Assembly: GCA_951406725.2 (NCBI GenBank)
Contig: OX597831.1
Span: forward strand, 48,794,001 to 48,858,000
Origin: Octopus vulgaris
Taxonomy: Eukaryota
Direction of reading: 5' to 3'
DNA length: 64,000 bases
The translations under genes were made by a program, and so were the position numbers. Numbering within the stretch: the stretch's first letter is position 1; every line of letters starts with the position of its first letter. Shown here one piece after another: positions 55,018 to 64,000 of this stretch. The notes under the pieces are model-generated. The model was given only the letters and a program-made list of their open reading frames with translations, was not told the origin of the DNA and made no database searches.

Positions 55018-55173
55018 ATATAGTCACTTATAGCAACACTTGTACTTGACTGGTGATTTATCTTATGGAACCCAGAAAGAGTTAAAAGGCAAAGTTGATC
55101 GCTGGAGAATTTGAACTTGAAATGTAAAGAGTTAGAAGTAACATAGTCAGACATGTTGTTCGATATCCTAATG

Positions 55174-55285
55174 CAGTGGTGGGCAATATGTGGCCCATGG
55201 GACATTCTAAAAAGCAGTAAAACCTGCCTGATGATGAGCCATGTCTCATGATGCTTGCTTCCTAGAAAAAGGTTGCCCATGCATG
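55174..55285. mobile_element. 112-bp hAT-like mini-MITE inserted in a SINE B remnant
   Basis: cagtggtgggcaa / ttgcccatgcatg; TSD tcctaatg vs ctctaatg (6/8). Confidence 0.5.
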
Positions 55286-55384
55286 CTCTAATGATTCTAC
55301 TAATTTAAGAGGAGAAGGTTAGTCAATACTATTGATACAACTACTTGATTAATGCTTTATATTACCAAACTTTATTATTATTAC

Positions 55385-55427
<43 letters not shown>

Positions 55428-55936
55428 GAGTGAGAGAGTGGTGCATGCCATCAAAGTGACACTGGAGTAAAATATATGAAGCCCAGTATACCCATCATGA
55501 CTACCCGTCTGATAAGGGTACACCAGGAACATGCATCACAACCATATGTGCACAACATGATGAGCTCAAATCAAAATAAACAGTGCATGACCTTGCAGAT
55601 GTGGCCCAGTAGCCCATCCCGCTCAAAAGGTCCCTGAATAAGGGTTGTTTAAGGATGTTGAATGAAACACCCATATTTCCAAAGGTGAATTATTCAAACC
55701 CCAAAGAATTCCTCTCAGCACATGGCTATGATGTTCCCCCACTATTTCTACTCATGATCAGAGGTGCACATACTGTCAGCCACCAAGAGACCTGTTCAAC
55801 TGGTTTAAGGTCAAGCAATTGACAAGCAAATCTGTGGTATTGAGCAGAATATTTGCTGTAACCCATCTTTTATACCAAGAAAAAACAGGTACATGATAAT
55901 ACTTCAGTCAGTAATGATCAGAAGCCATGAAAGCCA
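55428..55936 (-). mobile_element. (AAT)n-embedded repeat, copy 3
   Basis: Reverse complement of about 4750-5273 with a small deletion. Confidence 0.75.
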
Positions 55937-56100
55937 TTATTATTGTTATTATTAAGTTGGTAAGCTAGCTTTATTACCAAATTCAAAAGGATAAAAAGGT
56001 AAGATAACTTCAGCAGGATTTGAACTTGGAATGTAAAATGATATTTACAAATTAGTACCAAAGCAATTTTTCCATAGCTTTAACACTACTTTAACATAAC

Positions 56101-56497
56101 ATGGTAAGTAGCTGGCTTACCAACTACATGGTTCCAGGTTCAGTCCCACTGCATGGCACTTTGGGCAAGTGTCTTCTACTATAGCCTTGGGCCAACCAAA
56201 GCCTTGTGAGTGGATTTGGTAGACGGAAACTGAAAGAAGCCCATTGTATATATGTATATGTATATATATATGTGTGTGTGTTTGTGTGTCTGTGTTTATC
56301 CTCCCCCTTCCAACATTGCTTGGACAACCAATGCTGGCGTGTTTACATACCCGTAACTTAGCAGTTTGGCAAAAGGGACCAAGAGAATAAGTACAAGGCT
56401 TACAAAGAATAAGTCCTGGGGTTGATTTGCTCAACTAAAGGTGGTGCTCCAGCATGGCCACAGTCAAATGACTGAAACAAGTAAAAGAGTAAAAGAG
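56101..56497 (+). mobile_element. SINE family A
   Basis: Nearly full copy with gtaaaagagtaaaagag tail. Confidence 0.85.
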
Positions 56498-56899
56498 TTT
56501 ATAGCAACTGATATCAGAGTCAAAAAAGCTATATGACAACTAACACATAAATAAAAAGTCTAAAAACGAATAATAAAAAACTTAAATAGACAAGTAAAAA
56601 AGCTTATATAAACACTAAGTACAAAAAATACAATGCTTTATAATTACAAAGACAGTAATAGTTTATTATTGGGCAAAAAAAAAGACAGAAGAGATTTGCA
56701 AAGTGTATTGTTTTTCATGATTTTGGGATGACAAAAAAGCTGATGATTCATGAAGTCCATAATTCCTTATTGAGAACATGGCAGAAGAAATTTACAGAAT
56801 CAGTCCATTTGTCTGTCTCTCTATTTGTATATCTATCTATTTATCTATCTATATATCTACCTATCTATCTCTTCTTCCTCTCTCTCTCTCTCTCTCTCT

Positions 56900-56947
<48 letters not shown>

Positions 56948-57474
56948 CTATATGTATGTATGTGTGTGTGTGTGTGTGTACACAGATAACATTTAATATA
57001 TAAAGAGATAATACATATATGGAGGCGCTATGGCCTAGTGGTTAGGGCAGCGGACTTGCGGTCGGAGGATCGCGGTTTCGATTCCCAGACCGGGCGTTGT
57101 GTGTGTTTATTGAGCGAAAACAAAATGACTGAAACAAGTACAGAAAAAAAAAAAATATAGATAATATATTTATAATGTATATGTGTGTGTGTGTGTGTAA
57201 AATATAACATGACACACACACATACACACATATATTTATATATATAACATATGTATACAATACATAATATACATACATACATATATACATATAATGATAT
57301 ATTTGACTTGCTAAGATTTATATTTCTAATAACAAATGACTTTTTAATGAAATCTCGAAAGCAAAGATGAAAATAAACATACTAAGAAGCGTCATTTAGA
57401 CTACATGAGATATTTATATTGGCCAAAGCTTATAGTAGCTCTAATTTTGTTCAAAACACACTAATATAAGCACA

Positions 57475-57887
57475 CTCTCTTTTACTCTCTTTTACTTGTT
57501 TCAGTCATTTGACTGCGGCCATGCTGGAGCACCGCCTTTAGTCGAGCAACTCGACCCCGGGACTTATTCTTTGTAAGCCCAGTACTTATTCTAGCGGTCT
57601 CTTTTGCCAAACCGCTAAGTGATGGGGACGTAAACACACCAGCATCGGTTGTCAAGCAATGCTAGGGGGACAAACACAGACACACAAACATATACACACA
57701 CATATATATATATATACATATATACGACAGGCTTCTTTCAGTTTCTGTCTACCAAATCTACTCACAAGGCATTGGTCGGCCCGGGGCTATAGCAGAAGAC
57801 ACTTGCCCAAGATGCCACGCAGTGGGACTGAACCCGGAACCATGTGGTTGGTTAGCAAGCTACTTACCACACAGCCACTCCTGCGCC
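57475..57887 (-). mobile_element. SINE family A, young subfamily
   Basis: Full copy, nearly identical to 49062-49473. Confidence 0.9.
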
Positions 57888-58539
57888 AATGTGTACAAAT
57901 AACATGGAAAAAATAAATAAATAGTTACCAGGGTAGCAAAAATTCACATAAGCGCCAAGGATGTTACAGCCTACTTATAAAGGTAGATGTTACAGGGTTT
58001 AGTAAAATGCTTTTGTATAACATAGATAAATTAAGAAATGGAGTTAAACACAGGTGTCATTCAAATCTTTATACTTCCTATGTTTTGAAGAAAACACTGG
58101 TATGATTCCTGAGGGAATAAAATGATATAAAACAGTGTAATCATCTCGTTAGGGAGAAAAGAGAAACAAAACACATCAATAAGCCATTTTAACCGAATGT
58201 GATTACGACGTATATGATGAAGGGAATGCTGGCAAGTTATTTTTTAAAAAAAGCCATTAATAGATTTAACGTCAAAGGTAATTTAGAGAAACAGAAGGAG
58301 GAGAAAGAAAGAGATTAACAGAAAATTAAGAGTGGAGAAATATAGTGTGATAGATGAGTGAAAATAAAGCTTAAAGGCATGTAAATAAATATATGTAGCA
58401 AAAATGAAATGTAAGAAGACAGTCAAAAGTCAAATTTTATAGATTGGTAGAAACTACTTATAGGAACTAAAGGTATGTTTTTGCCAGTGTTTGCAACAAT
58501 AAACATGCTCTTTAAAGGTGTTTACAAGAGAATTCTCCT

Positions 58540-59134
58540 ATGGGCCAGGGACTTTCCCTGTCTTTATAGCCTTAATTGCTTTATCTACCAAGGTGCTGTC
58601 TATTTGGATAGCTGGTACCTCTGTTGGGTCAACATTCAGCAAACTCTCTTTCTCCCATTCATTTTTTTTAATTAGCAACCTTTCATAGTAGCATATCCAA
58701 GTCTCTCTCTTTGCAGCCTCATTAAATGCAGGTGAGCCATGCAGACACATTTCTCCCCTATGACATCGCGATTCTCTCTCACACACTGTCTTGCAACACA
58801 AAACACTTCAAGTCTTTGGTCCTCACGATGCAGAACATTGGCAAATTTTTTCTTATTTGCTGCCCCTCTAGCTAAATAAACCTGTCTCCTAGCTTCCCTT
58901 CAGGCAATCTGATACAATTCTCTGCTACCACCGTTCTTCCAATCCTTCCAAGCCTGTTTCTTTTCCCTAATGGCCCTGTCAACTACATTGTTCCACCACC
59001 ACATTACCTTGGGTCGAGAGGGGACTTTCCACCATCCCCAAATCTGCTCAGTAGCCCTCAACAGGTTGTCCCATAGGAAACTCCAGTTGTCTTCCAACAT
59101 CATGTGATGCTATATCCTCCTCTATTTCGTATTT

Positions 59135-59135
<1 letters not shown>
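58540..59135 (-). mobile_element. RTE-clade LINE internal ORF remnant (linker between endonuclease and RT)
   Basis: WWWNNVVDRAIREKKQAWKDWK...RETWICYYERLL...VDKAIKAIKTGKVPGP, the typical WW...W..Y..LL...K.GKA.GP motifs, with stops and frameshifts. Confidence 0.85.
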
Positions 59136-59184
<49 letters not shown>

Positions 59185-59220
59185 GGGGGTATGTATAGAT
59201 AAATATATGTATGTATATAA

Positions 59221-59266
<46 letters not shown>

Positions 59267-59303
59267 ATATATATATATGCATATGTATGTGTGTGTGTGC
59301 ATG

Positions 59304-59341
<38 letters not shown>

Positions 59342-59486
59342 GTAATGGTGTCAAGAAGACCCAAAGGTATCGAGTAAAGCTGAGTAAGTGCTATAGACAG
59401 ACTATAGTTATGGTCTCCAGGTTTGGTGATTATGCGAATGAGGAGTCCAACGTAGGTCATATACCAGCATGCGTATATATATAAAA

Positions 59487-59591
59487 ATTGACAGAATGAG
59501 ATAAAAATCCAAGGCTGTGAAAGATTTCCAAACATTTATAAATAGGTCTTAAATCTTTCACAGCCTTGGATTTTTATATCATTCTGTTAAT
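59487..59591. repeat. Hairpin with 41-bp arms and 23-nt loop
   Basis: attgacagaatgagataaaaatccaaggctgtgaaagattt / aaatctttcacagccttggatttttatatcattctgttaat. Confidence 0.9.
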
Positions 59592-60001
59592 ATCATCATC
59601 ATCATCATCATCATTTAACGTCTGCTTTCCATGCTAGCATGGGCTGGACGATTTGACTGAGGTCTGGCAACCAGATGGCTACACTACACTCCAGTCTGAT
59701 CTGGCAGAGTTTCTACAGCTGGATGCTCTTTCTAACGCCAACCACTCCAAGTGTGTAGTGGGTGCTTTTACGTGCCACTGGCACGAGGGCCAGTAGGTGC
59801 CACACTCAAATCGTGCTTTTTATGTGCCACCTGCACAGGAGCCAGTCCAACGGCACTGACAATGACCTCGCTCGAATGTTTTTTACACGTGCCACCAGCA
59901 CAGGTGCTAGTAAGGTGACGCAGGAAACGATCACGCACAAATGGTGTCTTTACGTGCCATCAGCATGGAGACCAGATATATATATATATGTATATATATA
60001 T

Positions 60002-60295
60002 ATCATGACGCATATTTGCCATTTGAATATGGCTAACCCCTAAGGGTGGATGCTACTGTAGTTCGTAGCCCCAGGAAGATATCTCCTCCAGCTGGCTATA
60101 GACACACTATCTGTGTCCTCTCAGTATTTGTGAAGAGTATTGTGAAGAGTATTTGTGAAGAGGACACAGATACTGAGAGGACACAGATAGTGTGTCTATA
60201 GCCAGCTGGAGGAGATATCTTCCTGGGGCTACAAACTACAGTAGCATCCACCCTTAGGGGCTAGCCATATTCAAATGGCAAATATGCGTCACGAT
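60002..60295. repeat. Near-perfect palindrome: 126-bp arms, 3 mismatches, 42-nt loop
   Basis: 60002-60127 pairs with 60170-60295. Confidence 0.95.
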
Positions 60296-60337
60296 GTGTT
60301 ACCGCTACTGTTTATAACTCGCTCTGAGATTTATCAT

Positions 60338-60404
<67 letters not shown>

Positions 60405-60841
60405 TAATCAATAAAATTCCAACCTTGTCTTATTTTCACGTTTTCATTATTTACAATTTTTACAATTTCACAATATTGTAATAGAATATTATGTTTATTG
60501 TGATAAAACTCAAACTTTCATGCATTATGTAATCATCAGGTTTATGGAGTAGCGGTAACAGTCGTGTTCCACCTCTACTACATAAACTTGATTTTAGAAA
60601 GGGCATCCAGCTGTCAAAACTGCAAAACAAACAGCAAATCTTGGCATAGTCTTCTGGCTCACCAGCTTCTGTCAAAACACCAAGCCCATGCCAGCATGGA
60701 AAATGGACTTTGAATGATGATGATGATTATGATGATGATTATGATGATGATGATGATGATGATGATTATGATGATGACGATGACGACGACGACGATGATG
60801 ATGATGATGATGAACTATGTAGATATGAATATGTACTTGTA

Positions 60842-61243
60842 TACTCTTTTACTTATTTCAGTCACTTGACTGCAGCCATGCTGGAGCACTGCTTTTAGTC
60901 AAGCAAATCAACCCCAGGACTTATTCTTTGTAAGCCTAGTAATTATTCTATCAGTCTCTTTTGCCGAACTGCTAAGTTACGGGGATGTAAACACACCAGC
61001 ATCAGTTGTCAAGCGATGTTGGGGGGACAAACACAGGCACACAAACATACACACATATATATACACATATACATATATACGACGGGCTTCTTTCAGTTTC
61101 CGTCTACCAACTCCACTCACAAGGCTTTGGTCGGCTCAAGGTTATAGTAGAAGATACTTGCCCAAGGTGCCATGCAGTGGGACTGAACTCGGAACCATGT
61201 GGTTGGTAAGCAAGCTACTTACCATACAGCCACTCCTGCACCT
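60842..61243 (-). mobile_element. SINE family A
   Basis: Full reverse-complement copy. Confidence 0.85.
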
Positions 61244-61633
61244 ATATGTAAATGTTTATTTACAGTTTTTACTTTTGAGAAATTTTAAGAATACCAGCAG
61301 AGTGTTTACTGACAGGAGAAACTTTGTCTGAAGGCTTATTTAATCATCAAAGAAAATTTTTTGCCTTCATGTTTATATAGGAAAAAATATTGAAAGTTTA
61401 TGAACAGAAGGTGTACTGGAACTGTGAGACTATAGTCCTAGATAAATTTCTGAATAAAAGTTGCTTTTATTTTTTATGAGGAAAAATCTGAGGAATAAGT
61501 CTCGGTATAAGGTAAATATAGATAGTAAGGGAAGACCAGCAGGGTGTAAAAAAAGAAAAAAATAGAAAAAAATGGAAAATAATAGAGGCAAATACAATTA
61601 GAGGTGAAAGAAAAATCAATAAGTGGCAAAGTA

Positions 61634-62052
61634 TACAAGGTACTACCAAAAAGTTCCACGGTTAGTTATGTTGAATAAAAAATAACTTATCTACCTAATC
61701 ATCTTTGAAATAATCACCTTGCACAGCAATACACCAGTCTCAGCATTCTTGTCACTTTTGGAATCCATCCTGGAAGTCGTTTTCTGTGAGTCGAGGATTT
61801 TCTGTGATTTGCTCTTGATCTTGACAACGGTGTCGAAACAGCAACCTTTGAACTGCATTTTCGTCTTGGGGAAGAGACGGAAGTTTGCTGGTGCTAATTC
61901 TGGTGAATAGGGTGGGTGTGGAAGTGATACCATGTTGTTTTTAGAGAGAAACTCACAAATGAAGAGAGCTCATTGACAGGGTGCATTGTCATCATGAAGA
62001 GTCCAATTCTTCATGCTCCACAGATCCACTCACTTTCACTGAATGTCTTCCC
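61634..62052 (-). mobile_element. mariner (DD34D) transposase 3' remnant with one TIR
   Basis: WTLHDDNAPCQ*...LPHPPYSPELAPANFRLFPKTK; 34-residue spacing with the last D mutated to N. TA plus caaggtactaccaaaaagttcc terminus. Confidence 0.85.
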
Positions 62053-62056
62053 CTAA

Positions 62057-62277
62057 CCCTTTCAATACCAACCCAGCTGAAACCGCCTCTGGTTGTGTAG
62101 TACAAATGTCTTGTTTTCATAAGTTTTGAATTAAAATCTTCTACCAAACCTTAGTCACAATCTATGTTCCTTACACCAGCTTAATGATAACTAAGTTATT
62201 TTACTAAATTCTTTGTTAATTTAAAATTAATTGAAAGAAACACAGAGCATCTCAAAATAAATATGGTAACGAAAAGG
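62057..62277. mobile_element. piggyBac-like MITE (221 bp)
   Basis: TIRs ccctttcaatacc / ggtaacgaaaagg, flanked by ctaa and ttaa. Confidence 0.7.
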
Positions 62278-62808
62278 TTAAAATGGACTGTGGTTCACTA
62301 CAGCTGTTTTAGATGTGTTTTTTATTGATGAACAAAAGTGTTACATCATGCAAAAAAAACCTTTTCATCAGGTGAATACAGGTCAGATTTATACGTTTTG
62401 AACATAGTTCCCATTTGTGAATGCTTTCACAACTGGAGTACAAATCTGTGTTTACTTTAGTAACTAAGAATTTCTCCTTAAATACTGTTTGTACACGATA
62501 GCACTATCATCGACCTGGCTTTGGTACTTTACTATATAAGTACATGATTCTCCTGAATCCTGGAAATTTTATACACACACACAATGAATTCCTTTCAGTT
62601 TCCATCTACCAAATCCCATTCACAAGAATTTGGTGAGCTTGGATCTATAATAGAAAGCACTTGCTAAAGGTATCATGCAGTGAGACTGAACCTAAAACCA
62701 TGTGGTTAGGAAACAAATTTTTTAACCACGTGGTCATACTTGCACCTATTTGTGTATGTAATTTAGTTATAATGTGTATGTTTGTGCACTTGTTATTTGT
62801 ATGTGTTT

Positions 62809-63190
62809 GAGGCGCAATGGCCCAGTGGTTAGTGCAGTGGACTTGCGGTCATAGGATCGCGGTTTCGATTCCCAGACCAGGCGTTGTGAGTGTTTATTGA
62901 GCGAAAACACCTAAAAGCTCCACGAGGCTCCGGCAGGGGATGGTGGTGATCCCTGCTGTACTCTTTCACCACAACTTTCTCTCCCTCTTACTTCTTGTTT
63001 CTGTTGTACCTGTATTTCAAGGGGCTGGCCTTGTCACTCTCTGTGTCATGCTAAATATCCCCGAGAACTACATTAAGGGTGTACGTGTCTGTGGAGTACT
63101 CAGCCACTTACACGTTAATTTCATGAGCAGGCTGTTCCGTTGATTCGGATCAACTGGAACCCTCATCGTCGTAACCGACGGAGTGCTTCC
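62809..63190 (+). mobile_element. tRNA-derived SINE family C with an alternative 3' tail (head-only copy at 57021-57120)
   Basis: A/B-box head shared with 43434-43732; the tail is related instead to 52830-52985. Confidence 0.8.
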
Positions 63191-64000
63191 ATCCATTTGT
63201 ATGTGTTTGGTTATGATATGTTCCTTGCATGTACAAATCAAATCAAGGGGGAAATATATTAAAATTATAAAGCTCGACATTTCTGCCCATGTGTGTGTAT
63301 GTGTGTGTATTGTCTGTGTGTGTATACGCTTCTATCTATGTATATGATCATGTGTATGTGTATTCTAACATTATACATATTTATATAATCATTTGTATGA
63401 AATTCAGCTGTTATATACACTCATGAGGCTGCATAGAATAATTTGTAAATTTAGATAAGATCATGTGGAAACACGAATACTAATGTTTCCAAGTAAGACT
63501 ATCTTCTGAGGGCTAAAATGTTAATGCTTTGGATGGCATTAAACAAATAGATTTCAAGAATGCACTAAAAGAGAAAAAAGCCATTTTCTCAGTCTCTCCT
63601 ACACATTAAATTTTTTTTCCCTATAACAAGTGGTGATGTTCAGATGTCAGTTTTATGACTCCCTATGGCATGACATCTTATTAGCAGACTTTTTAAAATT
63701 AATTTTGCTGATTCATACTATTATTTATTCCTTTCGTATTTAATATTTGCTATATATCATATTCATTCATGTACAATATGTACATGTGTGTATGGCCAAT
63801 GAAATTGCAGAAAAGATCTATTACTTATGTCTAATATGCTCTAAAATTTATTTTTTTTTAATATAATGATATATGAAGAAAAGTATGTTTTATTCTGATT
63901 GCTATATAAAATATACAGCTGCTTAAATTCCTGCATATTAAACAAAGTAAAAAGTAAATTTAAAACTAAACTTTGACTCACTGAACTATACTGATGTATG

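Noticed and set aside
57021-57095. tRNA-like sequence
   Set aside because: It is the head of SINE family C: it continues into the SINE body and lacks a complete acceptor stem.
58070-58160. Possible hammerhead remnant on the minus strand (CTAACGA...AAAA)
   Set aside because: Both core segments are mutated; too degenerate to call.

Overview
This is AT-rich, microsatellite-saturated animal DNA, almost entirely intronic or intergenic. The repeat repertoire looks like an octopus/coleoid cephalopod genome; that is an inference and no search was run. Only one protein-coding exon is well supported: a 109-bp internal + strand exon (49996-50104) of a YjeF_N-family gene (NAXE/AIBP- or YJEFN3-like). Nearly all listed ORFs are artefacts of microsatellites or SINEs. 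The rest is a mosaic of at least four tRNA-derived SINE families, RTE and CR1-type LINE remnants, DD41D (rosa-type) and DD34D mariner remnants, hAT and piggyBac MITEs, a non-autonomous Helitron, foldback palindromes and minisatellites. The most interesting unannotated signal is a set of about 8 minimal type-I hammerhead-ribozyme-like motifs. One has a fully canonical core (40503-40565, - strand). They are carried by several unrelated short Penelope-like/retrozyme-like elements, most of which sit in (TA)n tracts, including tracts inside SINEs. Repeat boundaries are approximate unless TSDs or TIRs are quoted.
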